64,000 bases of DNA. Origin: a virus. The notes beneath the pieces were generated by a model that made no database searches, was not told the origin of the DNA, and worked only from the letters and a program-made list of their open reading frames with translations. Positions 19,885-28,053 of the stretch are shown piece after piece. The first letter of the stretch is position 1. Each line of letters starts with the position of its first letter. The position numbers were made by a program, and so were the translations under genes. Location: the IMG/VR virus record IMGVR_UViG_3300025450_000013; one strand, given 5' to 3'.

Positions 19885-20345
19885 TATGTATTGGCCACCA
19901 CCATTTTGTTTGATATCATGTAATTTATTACGTTGTTTACCACATTTGGCATACATTTATTTGCCACATCATTAATTTCATCAAGTTGTGTTTTAAGTAT
20001 TAGATTGTTAGCATCATTTGCTGAATAACTATTTACATTGTATAAAAATGTATTAACATTTGTAAAATTAACAACTGTATTAACTTTTGGTGTAATAGCC
20101 CAAAAAGGAGTTGCTGATTGTATAAGATTTAAAATATCATTAGATGAAGTATTTGCAGTATCATATATTGTTAAATTTGTGTCGGTAGAACAATGAATAG
20201 GATAACCATTACTGGTTAACATAATATCCCCACGAACATCAATGGAGGTTGATAGTGTATTTTCAGAAACCTTATCACTCCAATATCTAACAGTAAATGT
20301 ATTTTCCTCTGGGAAAACATCTATAATTCTAAAAAATACGTTCAT
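19884..20345 (-). CDS. Hypothetical protein (possible adhesin partner/chaperone)
   Basis: 153 aa between the Gly-rich adhesin and the oxygenase. Confidence 0.55.
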   Translation of the reverse strand: MNVFFRIIDVFPEENTFTVRYWSDKVSENTLSTSIDVRGDIMLTSNGYPIHCSTDTNLTIYDTANTSSNDILNLIQSATPFWAITPKVNTVVNFTNVNTFLYNVNSYSANDANNLILKTQLDEINDVANKCMPNVVNNVINYMISNKMVVANT

Positions 20346-20355
20346 TTTATCCCCT

Positions 20356-22104
20356 TTAGACCTTAGGTCCGTTGATTGTACCCATATTTATATACTTAAT
20401 ATTTGAGTTACCACATATTGCGGATCCTTGAGTACCTGGTGAACCTGATGCTCCCGAAGATCCTGGTGAACCTGGTGATCCTTGAGAACCGGCATTTCCT
20501 GGATGCCCTGTTGCTCCTGGTGAACCGGCATTTCCTGGTTGACCTGATGGCCCAGAATTTCCTGCTGATCCTGGGGATCCAGCATTTCCTGGTTGACCTG
20601 AATGCCCGGCCCCACCTGTTGATCCGGCTGAACCGGCTGGACCAGGTTGACCAGAATGACCAGCTGGTCCTCCACCACCACCGCCTCCTGGATATCCTGG
20701 TTGATTTAAGTCACCGCCTCCACCACCACCATTTGGACCGGATCTACCAAAATGATGGCTGCATCCGTGATGGTTAGCAGGTTGATGACTTGCTCCGTGA
20801 TAACATCCTGAAGCGTGGTGCCCATTATATCCACAATGGGCACAATTTACTTGGCCAGCACCTTGATGATTTGCGCTATAATGTGCTGCTGGTTGGTGCT
20901 GACCCCATCCACCACCTTGATGAGAATGACCGGGAGGTCCATGAGGACCACCACAAGCACTACCGCCTGGGCCTGGAGGTATACCTGCACCACCTCCACC
21001 GCCGCCTCTATGACCGGAAGCTCCGCCGCCGCCGCCTCCAGGTCCTCCTGGTCCAGAATTTCCACCTGAACCACCTGGTCCGGCACTTCCTCCAGAACCA
21101 CCTGGTCCTGCATTTCCACCTGAACCACCTGATCCAGCATAACCGCCTACGCCACCAGGTCCGGCATTTCCACCTGAACCACCTGGACCTCCCGGACCCG
21201 CAGCTCCACCTGGTCCTCCAGATCCACCAGGACCAGATGATCCTCCAGAACCTCCTGGACCAGATGATCCTCCACTTATTGTTGATGTATTGTTGAGAAT
21301 TATACTAACACCATATACGGCACATGCTTTAAGTGATACACCACCAGGTTGCCCGGTGCCTCCTGTACCACCAGGTTGCCCGGTGCCTCCTGCACCTCCT
21401 GGTTGACCACATCCACCTCGGACACCTGAACCTCCCGGTTGACCACAACCACCTAGGCCGCCTGAACCTCCTGGTTGGCCTGCACCTCCTGGTTGACCAC
21501 AACCACCTCGGCCACCTGGTTGACCATAACCACCTGGTTGACCGTGACCACCTGTACCTCCTGTGCCTCCTGGAGTACCGCCTCCACCATGGTGGCCTCC
21601 ACCGAACCATCCGGGTCCGTGACCTCCACCACCACCAGCACCAAATGCACCTGTACCACCTGGTTGACCGTGTGCTCCTGTGTATCCTGGTTGACCGTGT
21701 GCTCCTGTACCACCTGGGTTACCGTGACGACCTGCTCCACCTGGTTGACCGTGTGACCCTGTACCACCTGGTGTACCTACAGATCCTGAACTACCTGTAG
21801 CACCTGGATTTCCTGTAGAACCTACAGATCCTGGAGCACCTGGTGTGCCTGTAGCACCTGTAGTACCAGCTGCACCTGCTATGGTTGCTGAATTTTTAAT
21901 ATAAATTAGAGTACCTGGCCTCCAACTGGAACCTGTCTGTAAAGCAGGTGTTGAAGTTGAGGTACTTCCTATGTTAGCATTGATAAAAACAAATATATTA
22001 CCAGGGTAGGATGGGCTACCTGATTGATTGTAGAGATTAACATTATTAGTCGCGGAACTAATATTAATAATTTTTGTTGGTCTGGTAATAGGAAACAAGA
22101 ACAT
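20356..22104 (-). CDS. gp38-like adhesin with long Gly-X-Y (collagen-like/polyglycine II) arms and His/Cys-rich head
   Basis: IYIKNSATIAG and IILNNTSTISGG strands and C-terminal AICGNSNIKYINMGTINGPKV resemble the gp38 scaffold; four Gly-triplet tracts. Confidence 0.7.
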   Translation of the reverse strand: MFLFPITRPTKIINISSATNNVNLYNQSGSPSYPGNIFVFINANIGSTSTSTPALQTGSSWRPGTLIYIKNSATIAGAAGTTGATGTPGAPGSVGSTGNPGATGSSGSVGTPGGTGSHGQPGGAGRHGNPGGTGAHGQPGYTGAHGQPGGTGAFGAGGGGGHGPGWFGGGHHGGGGTPGGTGGTGGHGQPGGYGQPGGRGGCGQPGGAGQPGGSGGLGGCGQPGGSGVRGGCGQPGGAGGTGQPGGTGGTGQPGGVSLKACAVYGVSIILNNTSTISGGSSGPGGSGGSSGPGGSGGPGGAAGPGGPGGSGGNAGPGGVGGYAGSGGSGGNAGPGGSGGSAGPGGSGGNSGPGGPGGGGGGASGHRGGGGGGAGIPPGPGGSACGGPHGPPGHSHQGGGWGQHQPAAHYSANHQGAGQVNCAHCGYNGHHASGCYHGASHQPANHHGCSHHFGRSGPNGGGGGGDLNQPGYPGGGGGGGPAGHSGQPGPAGSAGSTGGAGHSGQPGNAGSPGSAGNSGPSGQPGNAGSPGATGHPGNAGSQGSPGSPGSSGASGSPGTQGSAICGNSNIKYINMGTINGPKV

Positions 22105-22107
22105 TAA

Positions 22108-22136
22108 TTACACCTTATGAGCATATACTATATACT
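22108..22136 (+). promoter_or_regulatory. Putative sigma70-type promoter of the heptose operon
   Basis: TTACAC-N17-TATACT upstream of GGAG RBS and ATG 22160. Confidence 0.5.
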
Positions 22137-22143
22137 ATTTAGT
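22136..22143 (-). promoter_or_regulatory. Late promoter (ACTAAATA) for the Gly-rich adhesin operon
   Basis: TAAATA core about 30 nt upstream of ATG 22104. Confidence 0.55.
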
Positions 22144-22159
22144 TACTATGGAGTTTGCT

Positions 22160-23329
22160 ATGAAAATTGGTCTTATAGGTGATCATATTACCGATATTTA
22201 TATATATGGGAAAATGACTAGGTTTTCACCGGAGTCTCCTATTCCTATCTTTGACATAGAGAGAGAAGAAAGTCGTTCTGGCGGTGCTTCCAATGTCAAT
22301 AACAATCTAATGGCCCTTGGTGCTTCTGTTGATTACCACTGTGACAAAATAAACTATTCTATCAAAAAACGATATGTCTGTGACGGCCACATAATGTTCC
22401 GTGTGGATGCCGATAAGACCAGCACCGTTGATCCATGTCTTGCCGAATTTACCGAAGAAACCAAGTATGTCATCCTTTCCGACTATGGTAAGGGTATTTT
22501 GACATATAGTTCTGAAGTTATTGATAAACTGAAGCAAGATGGTAAGATCGTCATTGTTGATCCTAAAAGGCATATCAGTCATTATGAAGGTGCTGATATT
22601 GTCAAGATGAATGAGAAAGAATATTATCAGTTCTGCCCACAGGGAAAAGGTGCTTTAAAGTATTATGATATAGGAACTTTTGTGATAACCTTGGGTGGCA
22701 AAGGTGTTAGAATTATTAATGAAAATGGTGATACAACAATTCCAGGTCTAGGATTACAAGTATCTGATGTGACAGGCGCCGGTGATGTGTTCATTGCTGC
22801 TATGACATACTACCTAGCAAAAGGTAAAGACATATATCAGGCCTGTGATATTGCGAACAAGTATGCGGCTAAGTCCGTAACCAAGTTTGGTACCTATACA
22901 ATTACCGAAGATGATAAAAGAGAGATTGAAGGTAAGATAGTATTCACCAACGGTTGCTTTGATATTCTACACCGTGGCCACATTGAATATCTACAAAAGT
23001 CTAAAAAATTAGGAACTAAGTTAATTGTAGCTTTAAACTCAGATGAATCAGTTGCTAGACTAAAAGGCACTGTCAGACCACACAATAAGCAGGAAGATCG
23101 TAAGAGAGTATTAGAGGCTCTTGATTGTGTTGATGAGGTTATTATCTTTAATGGTGACACACCATATGAAATAATTAAAGATTTGAAGCCTGACATTATA
23201 ACAAAAGGTGGTGATTATAAGACTAAAGAAGAAGTGGTCGGGCATGATCTTGCTGAGGTCGTTATATTACCTTTTGTTGATGGATATTCTACTACTAAAA
23301 CATTGGAGTATATGAATGGAGATTGTTGA
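22160..23329 (+). CDS. hldE: Bifunctional heptose-7-phosphate kinase / heptose-1-phosphate adenylyltransferase
   Basis: R.SPE.P.P, GGASNV, ILSDYGKG, DVTGAGDVF (PfkB); VFTNGCFDILHRGH, KGGDY, FVDGYSTT; start 22160 after GGAG (ORF track 22148). Confidence 0.93.
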   Translation: MKIGLIGDHITDIYIYGKMTRFSPESPIPIFDIEREESRSGGASNVNNNLMALGASVDYHCDKINYSIKKRYVCDGHIMFRVDADKTSTVDPCLAEFTEETKYVILSDYGKGILTYSSEVIDKLKQDGKIVIVDPKRHISHYEGADIVKMNEKEYYQFCPQGKGALKYYDIGTFVITLGGKGVRIINENGDTTIPGLGLQVSDVTGAGDVFIAAMTYYLAKGKDIYQACDIANKYAAKSVTKFGTYTITEDDKREIEGKIVFTNGCFDILHRGHIEYLQKSKKLGTKLIVALNSDESVARLKGTVRPHNKQEDRKRVLEALDCVDEVIIFNGDTPYEIIKDLKPDIITKGGDYKTKEEVVGHDLAEVVILPFVDGYSTTKTLEYMNGDC

Positions 23330-23666
23330 GAAGAAATGGGGTAGAGAGATAATCTTTGCCAATAATGATAAGTATTGTGGTAAACTTCTTATACATGATA
23401 AATCCGGTTCTAAAGGTTCTATGCATTTCCATATGAAGAAACATGAGACCTTTTATGTCCAGAAAGGTATATTCAAGATACACTGGATTGAAACCAATGA
23501 TGCAAAGATACATAATACTATCCTTAGAGAAGGTGATACATGGGTCAATGAACCTGGGCAACCGCATCAGATTGAGGCTTTAGAGGACAACTCAACTATA
23601 ATCGAGGTATCTACAACACACTTTGACAATGACAGTTATAGAGTTATGCCAGGAGACGGTCAATGA
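23316..23666 (+). CDS. Cupin, sugar ketol-isomerase-like
   Basis: VEKKWGRE, YCGKLL, SMHFH..KHETFYV, PG.PH, EVST. Confidence 0.8.
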   Translation: MEIVEKKWGREIIFANNDKYCGKLLIHDKSGSKGSMHFHMKKHETFYVQKGIFKIHWIETNDAKIHNTILREGDTWVNEPGQPHQIEALEDNSTIIEVSTTHFDNDSYRVMPGDGQ

Positions 23667-23965
23667 AGTATATAATGGATATCGACGGAACAATCTGTAC
23701 CAATACTAATGGTGATTATGAGAAGGCAACTCCTTATCTAGACCGCATAGATTATATCAATCACCTATATGATAAAGGGCATGAGATACATTACTGGACG
23801 GCCAGAGGTGGTAACTCAAGGAGAGATTTATCAGAACTAACCAAAAAACAATTAAAAGAATGGGGATGCAAATACACCTCACTAAGATGTGATAAACCAG
23901 CATATGATTACTGGATAGATGACAAGGCATTTAATGATAGAGATTTCTTTGGAGTTAATTTATGA
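23663..23965 (+). CDS. Minimal HAD-family phosphatase
   Basis: DIDGTIC, WTARG, KP.YD..IDDKA. Confidence 0.85.
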   Translation: MKYIMDIDGTICTNTNGDYEKATPYLDRIDYINHLYDKGHEIHYWTARGGNSRRDLSELTKKQLKEWGCKYTSLRCDKPAYDYWIDDKAFNDRDFFGVNL

Positions 23966-24753
23966 TATTGATAACTGGTCATAAAGGATTTATCGGTCAA
24001 AACCTTGTTAATAGATTAAATGATAAACTCTTTTGCCTTTCTGATATTGACAGTTGCTTCAAAGACCTTTATTTAACACCTTGGGAAGATATAGAAGAAA
24101 TATGGCATATGGGTGCCATCTCTGATACTACTTGTACCGATTTAAATAAAATCCATACTTATAACATAGAATATACCATAAATCTATTTGAACTTGCTAT
24201 TCAATATAAGATACCAGTAAAGTATGCCTCGTCCGCGTCCGTGTATGGAAACACTAACTATCGTAGAGAGATTAATCCACTAAACTTCTATGCTATGTCT
24301 AAGGCTACTATTGATCGTTGGGTAATGGATAATTTATACAAGTTTGAATCTATACAAGGTTATCGTTTCTATAATGTATATGGTAAGCATGAAGACCATA
24401 AAGGTGGCCAGGCCAGTCCGATACATACATTCATCAAGCAGGCAAAAGAAACAGGAACGATTAAACTATTTGAAAACTCGGTTGCCTATATGAGAGACTT
24501 TATTTGGGTTGAAGATGTTATAAATTGTATGCTGTATGATAAACCAAGTGGTATATATGATCTAGGAACTGGAGTAGCAAGGTCGTTTGAAAGAGTGGCT
24601 GAAATCATAGCAGACAGATATAATGCCAAGTTAGAGTATGTTCCATTTCCAAAACACCTTGAAGACAAGTATCAATACTTCACTTGTTCATTAAATCACT
24701 TTGATCATACATTCACATCAATAGAGGAATATGTTAATGAAAGAGGAGTATAA
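23962..24753 (+). CDS. hldD: ADP-L-glycero-D-manno-heptose 6-epimerase-like SDR
   Basis: ITGHKGFIG, H.GAISDT, YASSASVYG, PLN.YA.SK, R.YNVYG..E.HKG..AS, RDFIWVEDV, YQYFT. Confidence 0.88.
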   Translation: MILITGHKGFIGQNLVNRLNDKLFCLSDIDSCFKDLYLTPWEDIEEIWHMGAISDTTCTDLNKIHTYNIEYTINLFELAIQYKIPVKYASSASVYGNTNYRREINPLNFYAMSKATIDRWVMDNLYKFESIQGYRFYNVYGKHEDHKGGQASPIHTFIKQAKETGTIKLFENSVAYMRDFIWVEDVINCMLYDKPSGIYDLGTGVARSFERVAEIIADRYNAKLEYVPFPKHLEDKYQYFTCSLNHFDHTFTSIEEYVNERGV

Positions 24754-25348
24754 AGAGATTGCACCTGGCTGGTTATGGCAGTCTAATGTCACTAGTGATC
24801 TTATGAAATATGATGAGAACTATGTAAAACCATACACTAAGTATGATGATACTCTCTCATATATTAGACTCAACTTTTGTCAAAAGTATGCCAAGTTTTA
24901 TTCGGTTCTTGATGTTGGATATGGCGACGGTAACTTTCTCAAAGTATGTAATCGTGAAGGATACAAATGTTTTGGTAATGATATATCAGGATATTCTTTA
25001 TCAGACGGAATAACTTTTACTGAAAATAGAAATATACCTGTTGACCTTGTTACGTTCTTTGATTGTATTGAACACTTTCCACAAGAAAATGTTGAAGAGG
25101 TATTAAAAGAACTAAATTGTAAGTATATCTGCATTTCGATTCCTTGGTGTCATTTTGATAATTTTGAAATATGGAAACACCGCAAGCCTAATGAACATTT
25201 CCATCATTTTGGTGTTAGAGGTGTTACTGAGTTATTGAATAGAGGTGGGTTTGATTTGATTGTTTCTGCTTCAATTGAAGATCAAGTTAGGTCAAACAAA
25301 GGCGGAATACCAAATATTTTAACTGTTATTGGAAAGAAAAGATGTTAA
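24731..25348 (+). CDS. Class I SAM-dependent methyltransferase
   Basis: VLDVGYGDGNF, FFDCIEH, EHFHHF. Confidence 0.85.
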   Translation: MLMKEEYKEIAPGWLWQSNVTSDLMKYDENYVKPYTKYDDTLSYIRLNFCQKYAKFYSVLDVGYGDGNFLKVCNREGYKCFGNDISGYSLSDGITFTENRNIPVDLVTFFDCIEHFPQENVEEVLKELNCKYICISIPWCHFDNFEIWKHRKPNEHFHHFGVRGVTELLNRGGFDLIVSASIEDQVRSNKGGIPNILTVIGKKRC

Positions 25349-26022
25349 ATTTATATTATTCGCATAGGACAGATGTTGAAAAAGCATACATTATTACAAT
25401 AAAGGGTAATAATATGTCCGAAAAATATTCAAAAAGATGTCAAGAATCGTGTAAAAATGTTGGTATGCAATATCAAGTATGGGACGCATTTGATGGAACT
25501 GGTGATGAAATAATAATACCAGAACACTCTAAGAATAATCCCATTTTTAAAATGGTGAAAATACAAGATCATCATATGACAAAAAGTGAACTTAGTTGTT
25601 TTCTTAGTCATTTAAGTTTATGGGCTAGATGTGTCGAGATAGACCAACCAATAGTTATACTTGAACATGATGCTATAATGGTAAAAAAGTTTGAAAATAA
25701 AACTAGTTATAATTCTATTGTATATCTTGGTTGTGAAATATGGGCAAAAAAAGGATCTAATATAGAAGATATTCCAATATATGGATCTGGTGGAATGAAT
25801 AATCTTTATATATATAAAGGACATGCATATTGTATAGATCCACAAGTTGCTAAGAATATGTTATCAGATGTTTTTAAGCGTGGTATATGGACAATTGCAG
25901 ATAGATTTATGAAAGCAGATTTATATAACATAACTCATCAAGGATTATATGCTTTTGAAAATAAATTTAACGATGAAGATTCTACTATAGTTCCAAGAGA
26001 GAAAGATGAATATACATGTTAG
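25342..26022 (+). CDS. Glycosyltransferase family 25-like
   Basis: AYIITI, DAFDG, E.SCFLSH..LW, IVILEHDA, HAY.I.P..AK. Confidence 0.8.
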   Translation: MLNLYYSHRTDVEKAYIITIKGNNMSEKYSKRCQESCKNVGMQYQVWDAFDGTGDEIIIPEHSKNNPIFKMVKIQDHHMTKSELSCFLSHLSLWARCVEIDQPIVILEHDAIMVKKFENKTSYNSIVYLGCEIWAKKGSNIEDIPIYGSGGMNNLYIYKGHAYCIDPQVAKNMLSDVFKRGIWTIADRFMKADLYNITHQGLYAFENKFNDEDSTIVPREKDEYTC

Positions 26023-26852
26023 ATGAAAATATGCAAAATTATTTAAGTCATATGTTTGACATGGTTAGTGATTTAAGAGACTTAAAGTTATATGAAAGAA
26101 CCAATACATCTAAGAATCCTTTAAATCATTATGGTCGTAGGGCTTTCAGTCAGTCAGACGAAGATGGTATTACACAAGAGATTATGAAACGTATAGGAGT
26201 TGATAATGGAGTTTTTGCTGAATTTGGAGTAGGATCAGGTTTAGAATGTAATACATTATTGTTAGCTGGATTAGGTTGGTCAGGGTTTTGGGTTGACGCT
26301 GGAAACATATTACCTAAAATTGAACAATCTGCAAATCCAAAATTTTCATTTTTTAAACGTCATATAACATTAAATAACGTATTAGAAACATACTTACAGT
26401 GTTTGAAATATATTAATAAAGAAGAAACAGATTTTATTTCTTTTGATTTTGAAGGTAATGATTATTATTTAATTGAGAGATTATTGCAATCTGGAGTATC
26501 TCCTAAAGTATTCGTAGTTGAATATAACGCTAAATTTATACCACCCATTGAATGGAAAGTTAAATATCATGAAAATCTAATATGGGAATATGATGATTAT
26601 TTTGGTGCTTCTCTTATGTCATATGTTAAATTGTTTGAAAAACATAATTATTTTCTTGCATGTTGTAATAGTTTTACAGGAGCAAATGCTTTCTTTATTA
26701 AAAACAAATATAAAGAATTTTTTAGTGATATTCCAAAATCAATCAATGATATTTGGGTTGAGCCTAGATATTATATTACTAAAAAGTATGGTCATAAGAG
26801 TTCTGTTAGGACTGTAGAATTGTTGCTTAATAATTTAAACTCTTGTCAATAA
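26016..26852 (+). CDS. FkbM-like methyltransferase
   Basis: FSQSDEDGI, EFGVG.G.ECNT, SFDFEGNDY, P.V.VVEYN, YFGASL, G.NAFF. Confidence 0.75.
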   Translation: MLDENMQNYLSHMFDMVSDLRDLKLYERTNTSKNPLNHYGRRAFSQSDEDGITQEIMKRIGVDNGVFAEFGVGSGLECNTLLLAGLGWSGFWVDAGNILPKIEQSANPKFSFFKRHITLNNVLETYLQCLKYINKEETDFISFDFEGNDYYLIERLLQSGVSPKVFVVEYNAKFIPPIEWKVKYHENLIWEYDDYFGASLMSYVKLFEKHNYFLACCNSFTGANAFFIKNKYKEFFSDIPKSINDIWVEPRYYITKKYGHKSSVRTVELLLNNLNSCQ

Positions 26853-28053
26853 CAGATATCCAATCACCCATCTTCTGTTGACGCCAAACAGTAACATCAG
26901 GAAACCAATCTGATTTACCTCCGTTTTCGGCAGCACACCAAGTAAAATAACCAACCACAATATCATAAAGATATGTTTTAATACCTAATGCGCCAGCAGC
27001 GACCGAAACGCTTGAACTACTGGTATAACACATTTTACACAAGCTAAGAATAGCAAGCGTATCATCCCAATCTTTTATATCTTTTGTTAAATCAATTACG
27101 CCTTCTGGACATGTTTCTGCTCCCATACAAACAGAAATTAGTGTTCCTTGGTGCTTAATCTTATCAATAAGGTATTCAATTGGTATTGTTCTCAGATCAT
27201 TTTCTGAGTGTTCTTTATCACCCGTCCAATTTAAAGCAATTAAATTGTCATACATTTTAAGTTTTTGTTTCCACTTTGCTAGATAAACTGGATTAGGTTC
27301 TAAATATTTTTCATTACCAGGTTTTTCTACTTTCAAATTAAATGGTAAACTCATAGAAGGTACCCAATAATCATATTTGATTGTTGGATCTACTGGAAAA
27401 ACTTTAAAGTTTCTTGATATAACATTCTTTAAACTATTATCAGTGTAGTAATATACAAAAGCACCCATGTCTTTTAACATAGGAATCCATCTACTGAATA
27501 TCATTTCGTCGCCAAGCCCAGCTTCTCCTATGACGCATATTTTAGATCCTTTAATATTTTGATAACCAAACCATCTATCTACATTTGGAGGAGGAAGTTT
27601 TTCATTAGTCCAAAACGCACCATTTCTTCCAATCTCCGTTTCAATAAACGCTTCTTTAAATTTACCCTTTCTGTGTAAAAACCATCCTATATCTAAGTGT
27701 TTATCCTCACATTCTATTTGATTGTTTTTGATATACTCGTAACCTTCGTCATATCTACCAAGTCTAGTTAGATATTGAGCGTATTGCCTTATATCCGTTT
27801 TATCTTTAGATTTAGTTATATCCATGTATTCTTGAAATAGTTCTAAAGATTTGTCAATTTCACAAAGATTGTAATGACAAATTGCTGAATTTTTAAGAAC
27901 ATCAGGATGTCTATATTCTAATAAATCTAATGTTAGTAGATTCTGATTAATAGACTCCCGAAACATTTTTTTATTATAATATTCTATTGATAATGATTCG
28001 GAAGCCTCAACAGATTTATTTATTTGAAAAGTATTCATCAATCGCTCTATCAA
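26827..28053 (-). CDS. TPR + GT-B glycosyltransferase (GT9-like)
   Basis: Helical N-terminus; EAGLGDEMIFSRW, DYWVPSMSLP, LNWTG, WDDTLAIL, AGALG, WFP...WRQ...GDW. Confidence 0.78.
   Translation of the reverse strand: MIERLMNTFQINKSVEASESLSIEYYNKKMFRESINQNLLTLDLLEYRHPDVLKNSAICHYNLCEIDKSLELFQEYMDITKSKDKTDIRQYAQYLTRLGRYDEGYEYIKNNQIECEDKHLDIGWFLHRKGKFKEAFIETEIGRNGAFWTNEKLPPPNVDRWFGYQNIKGSKICVIGEAGLGDEMIFSRWIPMLKDMGAFVYYYTDNSLKNVISRNFKVFPVDPTIKYDYWVPSMSLPFNLKVEKPGNEKYLEPNPVYLAKWKQKLKMYDNLIALNWTGDKEHSENDLRTIPIEYLIDKIKHQGTLISVCMGAETCPEGVIDLTKDIKDWDDTLAILSLCKMCYTSSSSVSVAAGALGIKTYLYDIVVGYFTWCAAENGGKSDWFPDVTVWRQQKMGDWISVIDKSLNY

Noticed and set aside
20388-21800. Multiple His/Leu-, Val/Gln- or Arg/Trp-rich alternative ORFs
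   Set aside because: Frame shadows of GGN-rich Gly codons within 20356..22104
25342-26022. Collagen galactosyltransferase acting on the Gly-X-Y protein
   Set aside because: Eukaryotic GT25 collagen enzymes need hydroxylysine, and the Gly-triplet arms contain no Lys
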